From: Chrysomallon squamiferum
Taxonomy: Eukaryota; Animalia; Mollusca
Assembly: GCA_012295275.1 (NCBI GenBank)
Contig: CM022669.1
Span: 11,656,001 to 11,720,000 of the forward strand
DNA length: 64,000 nt
Direction: 5' to 3'
Each line of letters starts with the position of its first letter. The stretch's first letter is position 1. The notes beneath the pieces are model-generated. The model made no database searches, was not told where the DNA came from, and worked only from the letters and a program-made list of their open reading frames with translations. A program made the translations under genes and the position numbers. Below are positions 15,153 through 30,300 of this stretch, one piece after another.

Positions 15153-16531
15153 TTCTGGGAAGGGTTTAAATTGCTGGTGTCTGAAAACTAAAGACATTGT
15201 CACGGGTGTTTTACAAGCAGCAGATAATGAGCTGTGATGGTGGAGATGTCTGGTAATTATAGTCTGCTTTGTCTGACAGAAGAAAACAAATGAGGCGAAT
15301 GTGGTCAACGATTCTAAAATAAAGATCATTGCTTTGGGCTCTGCAGTTTAATTAGCACAATCAGAGTTTGTATAACAATACTGGAGGCTGTGTAATATAT
15401 GTGTTATTGTACGTGTGATGGTATTTTAATATGTGTGTGTGCGGATGTGTTTATGTTTATATGACAAGATGTGTGTGTGTGTTGTTATGGGATGCTTGTT
15501 GTTCAGTATCAGAATCACAGATTCGATGATAATGTAAAACTGTCTGTTTTAATATGTATATATACATCTGTTATTATATCTATATGTATATTAGAACACA
15601 TAAAAACATTTGTGGGTGGGCGTTTAATGACAAGAGATGCATTTCTGTGGGTTTTGTGGGATTGTAAATTTATGTTTGATCAATCTGTTTCTGCATCTCA
15701 GCATATATATTTATTTGTCTCTGGGTATGGGGGTGTGCTGTTAATAAAAACTTATGTGACTATGGCTATGCATATATGAAAAAACACTCTCTTTGACCAG
15801 CATGAAATATAAAATGAAAACACACAGAGAAACACATCTTTACAGTATTAAATATAATTTTTTTATATGAATCTGAGTGATAACAAATGTGAAATTACAC
15901 CTCTTTGATTACAAAATCTCTCCGAGAAAAATTACACAACAAAAAACTGGAATAAATCACACACTGATGACTATCAACATGAACTTTATTGTCATTAAAG
16001 TTCTTACGCCACTGATAATTTTCCCCATGCCAATTTATATATCGAGTGACAGAAGATATAAATTTCAGTTAACAGGCAGGAATAAAGTTAATGGTTATAG
16101 GTTGTTGGTGCTTTATGTGTGCCAATAATAAAGGTTTATTATCACTTCTAATATTGAGTGCTTCTGTAAGTACAAAACAATAACTGTATTGTTATAATAT
16201 AATTAGATTTATTTTTCTTTCAGTATGATTATATTAGGTAATATTTATGTCAATGTAATTAGATAATTATGGACAAATAATGTTAATAAAAATGTTTGTT
16301 ATTTTTAGATTTTTTTGTTCTTATATGCGAAACAATATATACATTTTTATAGTTATTTAGGTTTAATCTTTAAATAGGTAAATTTTAATTAATCTCGATG
16401 TGTTTATATATGAAGTTTAATACACGTCAAATAAAGTTACTATACACATACTACAATAAAAATTAATTTATTAGTATCAGAGGCAAAAAACAGGAATACA
16501 ACTTTTGACATGTGTAAGCATTAGACTGTTA

Positions 16532-16583
<52 letters not shown>

Positions 16584-17215
16584 TAATAACAATAAAATAA
16601 TAATAATAATAATAATAGTAATTAGAAATAAAAAGTTATAAAAAAAAAAAATGTAATATAATAATGATTATAAATAAAAAATAGTAATAATAATAATAAT
16701 AATTAAAAAAAAAAAAGCAATAATAATAACACTAATAAAGCAGTTTTAAATCAGCTTAACGTATATTAAACTAATTTCAAATAATAATTTCTAAATAAAA
16801 ATCAATGAAGGGCATTTTAAATGCTAAACAAAGACTCCACCAGTGATATCACAGGTTAGCCTGGGACACAGTCTACTGACACTGTACTTTAGGTTTAATA
16901 ATAATAATTAGAAAATAGCTGGCTGGCTGTACATTTTATACAGTTCCCTAGTGACATCAGTTTTTCCATCCACTTCATCTGTCTGTCTGTTTGTGCGAAA
17001 TGTGTCAGCAAAGTGCTAATTACCTTAGTCACAAGAACAAATGGTAAAATGTACAGTGATCTTTGTTCCATTCTGTTCACAGGATATTCTTGGCTGTTAC
17101 AGGAGGAGGGAAAAAAGATATATATATATGTGTGTGTAACTGATTTGAAAATGCAAATACTGACATACAGAGAGAGAGAGAGACACACACACACACAAGT
17201 ACACATGCATGGACA

Positions 17216-17247
<32 letters not shown>

Positions 17248-18613
17248 TCCACACACACACACAAACCCACCCCACACACACACACACACACAAACACACA
17301 CAGAGAAACAAACAAACACACACACAAACACACAAACACATTCACAAACATGCATGGACACAAACATACATACAGACACACCAAGACATAACAAAACTGT
17401 TTTGTTATTCTTTTAAGTTTTAATTTATCTTTATTATTATTATTATTATTATTAATTAATTAATTTATTTATTTATTTGTTTTATTTATTTTATTATTAT
17501 TATTATTTGTTTGTTTGTTTATTTTTTAATATATTTATTTATTTTTATTTTTATTTATTTTTTCGGTGCAAACAAATTTGAAAAAATAAACCATCTTCAA
17601 ACATAGAATAATCTTTTCTTATAAAGTTGCAGGAACAGATTCTTTTTTCGTACCATACCAATAACAGGAGAACAACATACATTATTTTTCAAACCATTTA
17701 ATTCATCCTTACAGAATCAAATGAAATCCTCCTGGTAACACAAGTATGGCTGTATTTGAGATGAGTCAAATAATAAAAAATACTACTAATAATTTTATAT
17801 GTAATATATCATATAATAATGAACTGTTGAGCTTGGTCATCAAATGTCACAATTTAACTTGAAGTTGTGAAATGACAAAACTCAAGTGATTTTAGACAAA
17901 GACATTTGACATATTGATAAACCATTTATTACATCCTTTCTGCCTTCATTCCTTCCTTCCTTCCTTCCTTCCTTCCTTCCTGATATGGCTGTTGTCTAAT
18001 AAATAAATGTTTATGTTAGTATTTGATTTTCAGTTATTTTTAGGCACTGAAACTGTGATAAATAAAGTAATAATAATGATAATAATAATAATAATAATAA
18101 TAAATAAAATAATATAAAATAAAATAATAATAATAATAATATAATGATAATATTAATAATACTATAATAATTTAAAAAAATTATATAATTAAATTTAAAA
18201 AATAAGTAAATAAAATAAATAAATAAATAAATAATCTAATTATTTGTATATATCATATTTACTGAGCAATCTGTAAATCACTTTTGCATATTTAATTTTT
18301 CATAAACTGTTTTTTTTATTCCCCAAGACAGATTCACATTTCACTTTTTTATTTGACAACAGGGGACATTTTAAACTGTATTTTCATATCACATTAACCT
18401 GTGTGTGTCATAAAATTATCAAATTCTGTTTTTCAAGATATTTAAATTTATTTCCCCAAGAGAGATATGCTTTATTTAATAAAAGACACAGACATTTTAT
18501 GTATTATTTATCTTGATATAATTTAATTTTCACTATTTCAATCACACAACACAGACACAAACACACACACACACCAACACACACACAGACATAGACACTC
18601 ACACACAGAGACA

Positions 18614-18652
<39 letters not shown>

Positions 18653-19625
18653 ACAGATACATGGAGATGCTCAAATTATTACACTGCAGTAAGAATTTTA
18701 TTACCTTCACACAAAAAACTATAACAAAGAGAAGAGCACTCCAAACTGTTACTCTAGGGACTTATCGTCTGCTTTGTGAAAAAGTAGCTCAATTAATTGT
18801 TTCCATATTTTCTCAGATTCCCTTTAGACACGAATTATAAGAAAAATATTTGCACATTAGGCAAAGCAGACCTAATAATTTGGTTCAGAAAAAAAAAAAA
18901 AAAAAAAAATAGAAAAACAGAAAAATAAAAAAAATAAAAAATAAAAAAATAAAACAGCAGTGCTGAAAGATATAGAATTAGATTTTTTTAAAATTAATGT
19001 AATAAAACTGAGAATATAAATTAATACGGATTAATATAATAAAATTCAAATATATTTTTAAATAATAAAAAAAATAACAATGTTACAGAAATAATTATAA
19101 AATTAAGACAAATATTTTAATTTCTGTAATGTATTTGAAGAATTCTTATCAGTAGTATTTTTATTAACTGTCATAATTTTAAATTAATTTCTCAGAAACT
19201 GTTTCCAGTGTGAAAACTACTATGGCTTCTATTGTCTTAGTGAGAAAGCATTGCTTTAAATACTTTACATACAACAGCTTTTAAAATAAAGATCATGGTG
19301 TACCAGTTAGAATGGGCAATATGGAATTGTTCACATATATATATATATATATATATTCATGTATTCATGCACAAAGCATGTGTTTATTTGTACGTTAATC
19401 TGTATGTATGGCAATGCATAAGTTTATGAACATATTTTAGCAAGTATATATATATATATATATATATAAACATGTCTGAGTTTCATACATATGTATTTGT
19501 GTTCAAGTGTATGTGTGTGTGTTTGCAAACTAACAGACTGAATGGAGGAGAAATCACAAAATCACACCAAAGTCGACGACATCAAACGTCATCACAAATA
19601 AACCTGTGATTTGAACCTGCTGCCC

Positions 19626-19698
19626 GGAGAAGTGTGACAACTTTTGGAGCGAGTCTCGGAGAAGCGTGACAACTTTTGCAGCGAGTCTCGGAGAAGCT
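19626..19698. repeat. Short tandem duplication GTGACAACTTTTGSAGCGAGTCTCGGAGAAGC x2
   Basis: Directly visible inside a CpG-rich island. Confidence 0.85.
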
Positions 19699-19956
19699 TC
19701 GTGTGTTGACAGAGATCACCTCTCCATGCTGGAAGCGATTGACGGAATTCCGAGAACGCGACGACAAGAGGTCTTGTTCTCCCTCTGTACACACCAAGAT
19801 ACACCGCAATTAGAACTCTCCACACAGGAGATAATTAAAATTTGGCGATCACAGGTTATTGGCGTCGTACTCCAAGTCTTGGGCAGTGGCATTCAGCTAA
19901 CAAGTAGAGTTCTTCATCTAAGTCAAAACACAACAGATGGCTTGTGTCGAAGTTTG

Positions 19957-19987
<31 letters not shown>

Positions 19988-20117
19988 GATGCTTGTTATA
20001 AACTGCAGGTTTCTTTTGATTATTGTAATGTTTGCTATTTGTGTTTGAAATAACGTGAACCCTTTGAAATGACTTGGTTGATGACAATTCAGAAATCTTA
20101 ATGTGAATGTGTGTGTG

Positions 20118-20167
<50 letters not shown>

Positions 20168-21243
20168 ATGTAAGAATGAATGTGTGTGACATTTGTGTGT
20201 GGGTGTGATTATTACAAATATATGTTCTCATGAAACAAATATGTGAAATTCAAGATTCATGTCAAGACTGCAAATGATTCCTGAACCCTTTTACAGAAGA
20301 TCAAATCAAAATGGTGAATAAACTTTTTTATTATCAGAAAAATGTGGCAGCTGGTACTTGTTATAAAATTTCTGATAATGACATATGAAAATATTTGTAC
20401 TTATGCTCAAATAAGTTTCACTAATAACAGTTGTTTGAAACCATGATGACCAAAATACTTTAAGATTTTCACAGAAGAAGTAATTCCAGTAGCAAAACTG
20501 CTGAAATCATAACAAGATGTGTACAAAGAAAGATAAGAATACTTGTAGTTGTATCTAGTTTTAAAGAACAACAACAGCCATCAATATCTAGAGGCCAAAA
20601 TGATTGAGAAAAGAGATACTTTAAATTTATAATATCCACCAGGTATCCATTTAACACAGGGAGCAATTATCCCAGATTTATTACCATCCCAGATTTATCG
20701 TTTCTCTTTTACTAGCATTATCCGAGATAAATTAATCATTTCAATCCATTATTTTCTTTTTGTTGCAAAATAATCCAGTCACTTCATTTTTCTTTTGAAA
20801 TGATTTTTTTCTCTTTTTTTTCTTTATTTTATTTTATTTTTTTTTTTTTTAAAAGTGACAGGGTATAAAAAGAAATGGCTAACAACGTATCTGATTAATT
20901 TGTCATGACTGAAGAAAACATCCTGGGCTTTGTAATACAATTACACGCAGAAACAATATCAGGAGGAAAAATCTGATGAGAAATCCACTGGCGATGTTAA
21001 AGATGGTGGGGAATCTCCGCGGACCAATTTAAGAAGTCTGAAAGACAGAGCTGTGATCTTACTTAACCCTCTCCCAGCAGTGCACATTAATCGCAGTGTG
21101 TGAATGGTAAATCTCCCAGCTCAGCTGCGACACGGTTAGTCGGGGAAACAATAAGAAGAAAATGGAGGTTACTGCAAATCAGGCTGAAAAATGGCACTTT
21201 GATGAGATGTGGAATGGTGCATTCTATGCAGCAATTATTATGT

Positions 21244-21308
<65 letters not shown>

Positions 21309-24300
21309 CTGATCAATTGAATATTGTCTTTGCTTCCCATGAGCTCATGTATTAGCTTCTGTTTGGATAATGTTTGAAAGTGTGTTCAGAATTATAGTGG
21401 GAAAACAGGAATTCTCTACCAGTAGAAAATTATTATGTAATTTTTTTTCCTTTCTTTGTTTCTCTCTGTTTTTGCCATAACAACTGAATTTTATTTTATT
21501 CCAAGTTTTTTTTTTTTATATATATTAGCTTCTACACTGATAAGGTTTGAAACAGTGTACAAGTTGGAAAACAGAAATTTTCTACCAACAGAATTTTGTT
21601 TTTCTCATGTATGAATTCAACTGTATGGAAAGTTATTTTATTGTTCAGTGAAAATGCTATTCTAGCTTGCAACTTCAGAAGGTTCAAATCATGAAATTAA
21701 ATCAGTAATTGCTGTATGAGTAATGTAGAAAAAGATTTTATTTAAAAAAAAGAAATAATTTAAATTTATTTTTTTCTGTTTTAAAGTGCTTTCAACCTAG
21801 CCCTATCAAATACCAATTGTTTTTATTTTTTTTTTAAATTGGATAAACAAAAAAAGTTTTAAAAAGAACTTTTAAGAAAATGGCAAAGTGGAAGAGAGAA
21901 CATTTCTTTCTTTTTTCAAAAATTTTACTGCAACAAAACACATTAAAATTTCAATTGATTATATTCAGACATCTTTTCATGATGCAGCTAATAAAAAAAA
22001 ATTAAAAATCACAATAAAGCCATTTAATTATAAACAATAAAATGTATATTATTATTCTCAAGTTTATTAAATTACTATAACCAAAAAAAAAAACCCCAAA
22101 ACCTTAAACTGGAATTTTATTTCTATTTAATTTAAAACAACCATCAAAAATCAAATTAAATATAACTTTCTTTACAAATTACTGAACCCCAGTAACCAGC
22201 AACTGCAAACTTATAAACAAAAGAATAATCTGAGAGCTTTTTATCTCTTGCCAAATTTCCTGCATAGCTAGCATCTGAAATGAATTGCATAATGTGACAA
22301 ATTAGGGTTGTAAAACCATGGAGAAAGGAACAAAAGACTGGAATTTGCTCTCTGGGCAGGATAAGATTGTTTACTGGTCAGTGAAAAACTGGACAAACAA
22401 GCAGAATTACACGGAGCACGTCACAATCAATCAGAGCAAGTTGATGTCACCAGCGACTCCAAATTAGCCGTTACCGACAACAGAGATCAATAAACGCTGT
22501 CGAATGCAACCAAATTAGGATAAAATGGACATTTGTGACAAAATGCTGTGCCATGCAGAGGCTGCCTAACCCGAGTTTAAGTTGGTAACAAGAGTGGTTA
22601 TGACTGGGATCCCGTACTCCGCTGGCTTGCGAAGATTGAAATGAATGAGGGTGTTTAGTGCTGCCTGCATGTTCGCAGTTCATCATGTTTGGAAAACAGA
22701 AATTTGTCAAACTGTATTTGTCTTCAGTTTGTTTCATCACGAAGATGATGGTTTTATGCGACAATCCTGAAAATTATATAAATTATTTTTTGTTACCCTT
22801 GTCAGAAAGAAGATTACTTGATTCTGGAAATTATAGTTATAATATTGATGAATTGAATATTATTTATTTATTTATTTATTTTTTATTTTTATTTTTAATT
22901 TTTATATTTGTGATTGTGTTAAGTTCTGTAACTGAATTCATATCAGATAATTCTATCAATAAAAAACAATACAGTAATACAATAAATTGTATCTACAGCA
23001 CAGATTTCCACATCCAGATGTTTTGTTGTGTTTTACTGTATTTTGTAATTTCATACAACCCTACTGGTACAACACATGTTGTGACGTGTATGTTCAGACT
23101 CTAGGCTACTTCTGACATGTTATAACTTATTGATGTTTCCATTCAAGACAGAGAATAACTTTGAATAGTTATAATTTATGATGTTTCATTTCAGGTTTTA
23201 GAGTAAATTTGTACATTATAATTTATGTATTTTTCATTTTTGAGATGGAGAATAATTTTTGTAAGTCATAATTTTTCAAAAGACAATGACGATTTTGTCT
23301 AGAAAATATTATTTATGAAAACAAAACCAAAATGCATATAAAAATAAAATAGATTATTTAATGCACTTTATCTTTAATTAATCAGTTAAGTGGGTTTTTT
23401 AAAGTCTTAAAAAATAAATAAATATTACTAATAGGAAGTTTAATAAAATATCAATAATTATTTACACAGTTTAATAATGTTTATAACAAACAGACAGAAA
23501 TATGTCTAAAAAAAGACTTTTATGCAGTTATAAATTTATTATCAGGAAAAAGAATCAATGCTATTTGTATTAAGATAAGTTTAATGTCCAGCCAAAGGAG
23601 ATTAGGCCAATAAAAAAAACTGAGTACAAAGAGAGAATTAATCAGAAGAAAATAAATGTTTGCAGAGGAATGAAAAATAGCTTTATGAGATTAACAGACA
23701 AAACCAATATTTATACTGGACGTATGTCAAACTTACCACTTTCTACTGGGCAGTTCTAATACATTACCTTCCAGATTATTAGAAATAAACCATAAAACGT
23801 TTATATTTTATATACTTTAAATAATAGTTTTATAAAATATTATCACAAGTTCTATCCTTAAGGTTTATTTTACTGATTTATTGTTTTGTTGCTGTTGTTA
23901 TAATTATTATTATTTTTATCTAGTTGTTGTTATTATTTTTTCTTCTTATTATTATTCTGGGAAGAATCCTTTTTGATTTCAACAACGACTAAAAAAAAAA
24001 GTAAAAAGTAAGAAAGAAAGAAAAGAGAGATTAAAGAGATAGAGAGAGAGATATCTATTTCACAGTATAAGCAAGAATTTTTTTTTTCCTTTTCAAACTG
24101 TCAAAAGAACTAAAACTACTAAAATGGAAATAACTTTACAATGCAGATAATATTTGTAAAATATATGAAACCTAATACACCAATATATAAACTATTTTGA
24201 TCTTCTTTCTTTCATAAACTAAAAAAAGTAAAATAAAATTAAAAAATATACTGAACATTCGTTTGAAAAATATTACACATAATATATACATATTTTTTTA

Positions 24301-27217
24301 AATAAAACAATATTTCTGCATTCTTAAGAATTACTAAATTAAAAATAATTTTTAAAAAATGAGAAAAAATAAATAAACAGGGAGAAAAGAAAGATCACAA
24401 TTCTTGTTTTAATGAAAAAATCACAAAACCCCCTGAACGTCACAAACAAATGATAAAACCACTCAATACACCACATACCATCTCATTACAAGCCACAAGA
24501 AGCTAAAAAAACAACATAAGACGGTTTCAGGCCATAGACTTTTTTCAAAACTCCCACCAGCAGAACCAGCTCTCTCTCTTTCTCTCTCTCTTTCTTCCGT
24601 CAAACATGAAAAATTCGGCATTACAAATATCACCAGTCACTGCCGGTCGATAATGAGGGCCATTATTTAATAACGATGTATAGCAGAGATCTCACAAAGC
24701 ACTTTGCCATACTTAGAGAAAAAGAAATGGAATTATGATGTAGACTTCTACGGTGGATTTTCCCGAGATCCTCCGAGGATAAAGATGCTGGTGGGTACAC
24801 TGTGGTTAAATTAGCCTGACAAATCCGTTTACAGCACTGATAGATATTGAAAAAGCACACAGGAGCCCCAGCGAGTGCAATAGGATAACGGTTAACTTCA
24901 TCACTTGATGTTTAGATAATATTCCACAACAATGTCTGTGACAACGTTAATCCGGAACAGTTTGTGAATGCATTTCGGAGGTCTTATGTAAATATATCAC
25001 ATTTGTTCCCATTAGCAGTGAAAAAGTAGCCACAGTATTTTGCAGCATCAACGACAACAGTATTAATTGTGAACAGTTTGTAGTGTATGAAAGTATTATA
25101 TGAATATATCACATTTATTATAAGGTATTTTTACTACAATTTTTCTGAACAGTTTCTAATATTTGTTTCATTAGCAAAGAAAACATTAGCTGCAGTATTA
25201 TACAGCAACATCTACACAACTATTTCAATCCTGGACATTTTAACAGTTAAAAGCATTACATAAATACACTGCATTTGTTTTCATTAGCAAAAAGAAAAAA
25301 AACATATACATTGGAAGTAGCTATAATGTTTTACAACTACGACCACCTTAATCCTGAAGTTTGTATTGCATTTTAAAAGAATTACATAAATACAACACAA
25401 GAGCTTTGATAGATTAGCAGAGATAAAAACTTATATTTTAAATTGTGTTTTAGTCCTCAGGGCTTTAATATACAATAACATGGATCCTAATTTTGTTTTC
25501 CATCATGCACACATTCTAGAGATGATAGCACAAATGCTGTTAAGTTCAAGCAATGGAAGTAGGTCTGATTTCCAGTGTTGAGAACATGTCTAGTGATTTT
25601 GGCACTGGATTAACTAAAAAAAAAAAAATCCATTAATATAAGTCTATTTATTAATATGAATTATGGGAGGGACTGTTGAGAGAAAAAAGTAATCACATAG
25701 GAAACCCTGTTAGATGGAAATCACAACACTAACAGGCTTATCTGAAAGCCCTGTATCCTGTATGCTGACACTAGCTATAGGAGTCTCAGCAACTATAACC
25801 GAAGTTATAGACAATGTGTCATTCAAAATTTGCAGCAAAAAAAATTAAAAATAATAATAATAACAATAATCATTTAAAACAAGCAGAAAAATTCCAGCAT
25901 TGCTCAGAAGCATTGTAATGTTTATTTTAGTTCAGCTTTGTATGAATAGCAATGAAATAGCTCATCATTTGTCATCACAAGTAAAAACATTCTACAACAA
26001 TGATATATGACACAAAAGCTTTTCTGTGATAAGTAACAATAATTAAATATGTATCATATATCAACAGTATGTTATATATTTTTTATTATCACAGTGTTAC
26101 AATTGAAATGACTTTAATTCTGAAGAAAACAAGATTAGTGTCTTAACAGTTCTGATTGGTAAAACAAAACACAAGAGCCAGTGTCTGTAATAACAGTACA
26201 GTTTCTGAAAACTGTAAATTTAACAATGTGATCTTAACAAAATTATACAAACTGTATCCATATATTTGGTGTACACTTCATAACAGCCTGGCTATGAAGA
26301 CCATGAAACAAGATTACTTTATAACAACAGTATTGTTAAGAACAACACACATATCTGAACAGTATGCAAGTCAAATGTGTGTTATAATAATTTAGCAGCA
26401 ACTATAAAAACAAACACAAGTAAATTACATGCTTCACAACAGCTTGTTCTGATTAGCATGTTAATTTTTTTCCATTCCATTTCAAAAGTTTTTAACAAAC
26501 TGTTGAAAGAACTTGTTAGCTGCTGCAGCAAGAACATATCATGTCAAGGCCTCAGTTAACACAGAACATTATATGACTTTAGATGAAACAACAACAACTC
26601 ATTTTGACAAAGCATGCACAAGGCATCATAGCTTTATTAAGATATAGAATTATATGACATTAGCTGAAACAGCAAGAATACATTTTGTTAGAGCATTGTC
26701 AAAGAACCTTCACTCTGCTAACATAGGAAATACATTCCCATTGTACAGCATTCATCATCACTGTTTCAACCAGTATTCATGATGACTTATTTAAATCATT
26801 GCCTTGAAAGCCCAAAGGTACAAAGATCAATTCCTGCTTTCTGGCATCACCTCAAAGTTAAGTGGGGCTAAATGTGAGGTTACAACACAGAAGTTTTTGG
26901 TCATAAATAATGTAACAGTGCTTTATCTTGGGTTCTGTATAGTGGACCAATATCAGTTTATTTGTACAGACATAACTTACATGTAAACTGGGTATGAATT
27001 TATATTTTACTGTGAATTTATCATAACACAGACACACTGTGTAAAGGACTATATCTGTTGAAAATTAACTCTCTACCTTCCTGGATATAACTATTTTAAA
27101 AAGCTTGTTATCTGTCTACTCAAATGGCAGGGATCTTACTTTAGAAATTACAGGATGATAATTGTTAATTGTCCTAGGGAATTTGAAATTAAGTATATAA
27201 TATATATACACACATAC

Positions 27218-27250
<33 letters not shown>

Positions 27251-27273
27251 AAGTATCATGTTTGGTTTTGAGA

Positions 27274-27352
27274 GAGAGAAAGTTTTTTTTATTTTGTTCT
27301 TAATATGGAGCAATGAGAAAAGTTTTTTATTTTGTTCTTAATATGGAGCAAT
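27274..27352. repeat. ~39-bp tandem duplication
   Basis: GAAAGTTTTTT(T)ATTTTGTTCTTAATATGGAGCAAT occurs twice. Confidence 0.85.
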
Positions 27353-30300
27353 AAGATATCTTTCAGATAAAACATAAGCAAAATGCATGACGGAAATGTG
27401 TTTTCTCTAACATTATCAACAACTAATAAAACTAATGATCACCATGTGGTGAAGAGAAGATAAACAAGTAACTTGTGTATTCCTCAGTACACACAGTCTC
27501 TGTTTACTATCTGACTCAGATAAAAATCAGCCTGATGTTCTAATTAGCTAATTCTCATGGAACACTAAGCAAAAAAACAGCACATGTAGCTAGTAATCCA
27601 CTAGAGTTACTCAACACACATGTACAATTAATATCTTCAGAAGTAAAAGGTCAAACTGCAGAGAGTAGAATATTCAATAGCATTATGTGCTTTATGCGAA
27701 TGCGTCACTATGCACTAATGTTTTCTTCTTGTTCTGTTTTTTAACAAAAAAATACTGGATAAAAATTAGTTAAAACTGTTTGAAAAAGATTTCATTTTTG
27801 TTTTAATAGTTTTCAGAATTTCAACAAGCATATTTTCAGTATTTCAGTGTAATTATTTTAAGAATTGCAACAAGAATTTTTTTCAATATATCAAAAAAAT
27901 TTTTTTTTTTTTTTTAAACTTTTATTTCCAGAGTTTTGACAAGAGTATTTTTTCAATTTTAATGAAAATTATTTTCTGTGTTTTGACACTAATTACCTTT
28001 GGTATTTTGACAAGAATTTTCAATATATTTCATTAAAAATAATTTTCCATGTTTTTTCTATATTTCTATTAAAACTATTCTTAATATTTCAACAGAAGAA
28101 ATTATTTTCCATACTGTAGCATTTTGAAACATGTACAACTATTATTTATATTCACATGAATATTTTTCCACGCAGTAACATTTTGAAAAATCATCTACAT
28201 GTGTATCACATATCGTGACCAGCAAAAATAATATCAATACTATATACATGCAGATGACATAATACAAAATAACTGTGTTAACAATTTTGTAATTATAACA
28301 TTCACAACAATGCTTGGCTGGTTATTACAGAAGAATTTGTCACGAAAGGATTAGCTGTGCCTTTGTTTTGAATTCTGCATCTGAAATAAGAAAAAATATT
28401 CAAGGTTTGCTGTCACACTCTAATCTTTTTAATCCAGCCAGTCACTGATATTAAACACAAATGCAAATCTGTTGTTTCTGTTGTTAAGATTGTATTCCGT
28501 ATGTCAGAGTTATTTCAACATAATAAGGATATCAAAACAAAAAGAAAAGACATAAAGTTTGACAGAAAAAAAAAAGTAAAAGTTTCGAAAACAGTAAGCA
28601 GAAAAAATAAATCTTAGAAAAAAAATAAAAAGAACAATCAAAAGAGAGAAAGATAGAAAAAAGAATTTAAAAAAAAAAAAAAAAAATACCTAAAGGAAAA
28701 AGAAAGAAAATAAGTGACAGAAAATAAGAAATAGATTAAAAGAAGGAATTAAAGAAAAGATAAAAATAAAAGAAAAGATGAAAGAAAGGAAGAAAAAAGA
28801 AGGAAAGAAAGAAAATGACTGAACAAAGGAGAGAAAAAGAATGAAAGAACAGAAGAAAGAAAGAGGAAGAAAACAGAAAAAAAAGAAAAGAAAGGGGAAA
28901 GAAGTAAATGTCCTTTTCAAAATTTAAATTTTATTCTTCATTATTTGTTTAAATTATTAAATGGTAATAGTAGTAACTGGTTTTTTGTTGTCTTTTTTAG
29001 TTTTTATTATTGTTGTTATAATTGCTATTATATTGTTGTTTTATTTTTTGCTTTCTTAAATATGAGATCATTTTGAATGCATTTTAAAAAATAAATAATA
29101 CTAATCCACTAGTACTCTAAAAATTCACATTATAATCTGAAAATAAAAATCATGCTATTTAAAAAAAAAAAAAAAAAAATTATTTTATTGATCTACTCAA
29201 ACATGCCAGAAGATGTTCAGAGTACACAACAGATTGGGAAAAAAGGAATTTTTCAATTAGACATTTTAAATGAAAACCATTTTATGACATCCTGAATGAA
29301 AACATGACAGTTGGGGATAAAATCGCGACGGACAAAAGGGGCGGAAATTGGGAGGTCACCAAATAATTCAACTGAGCGAAGAGCAAAAATTAGAAAAAAA
29401 AAAAAAATTTAAAACCTCAACTTATTATAGTCTAATTTAAAAGACATGAATGCTTCTACAAGTCATTTATTGGTTTTAGTAATCAATAAAAAAAAAGAGT
29501 TTAAGAGATTAAAGACGGCAATATTTTAACAGGGATGCCTTCGAATAAAATTGGATGTGAGAAGTTAAAAGATTAACGTCATAGAGGGTAAATATTTTCA
29601 TTGGATTATTTTCTCTGCAAACATTAATGGTGCATTATGGGTTTGAAAGAGAATTTTTTTTTTAAGTATTTGATGTCTTATTTAATTGGAAAGAAATGTA
29701 AAAAAAAATAAAAATAAAAAGGTAAACGGTAGAATAAATATGAGAGAGAATGAAAGAAATGTTTGAATTATTTATCACTGGTTTATGAAGAAAATAGAAA
29801 AACAAGAACATTTTTAAGAGTAAAATTTTTTTTTCAAAATTCTTCAGAAAGAAAGAAATGTGATACCGAAGAAAAATTATACAAGAAAATATATTGGTGA
29901 TTAGTACATAGAAAGAATTAAGAAAACAAATTATCAAGAAAGATATTATTTATAACCTTTGTTTTTGGTCGAGTTTTTTTATCTTAAAATATCTGAAATT
30001 TTGCAAACATTATAACAAATGTCCTTGAATAATTTTTGTTGTTTTTTTAAATAATGTATTGAAATTCGACAGTGAAAAATAAAAAATAATAATTTTGTTT
30101 TGAAAAAACTGAATAAAAGTATGTTGAATAAAATATCAGGCTTTTTTTATCTCGTTCTTCTTGTTTTAAATTGTAACACATATACATATTTTAAGGGGTT
30201 TTTTTTTTCTTCAAAACTGAAAATAACTACAAAAAAAAGGTAATATTCAGTTTAAAATGAAAGATTTATATGTTAATACCTTTAAGCATAGTATTAGTCA

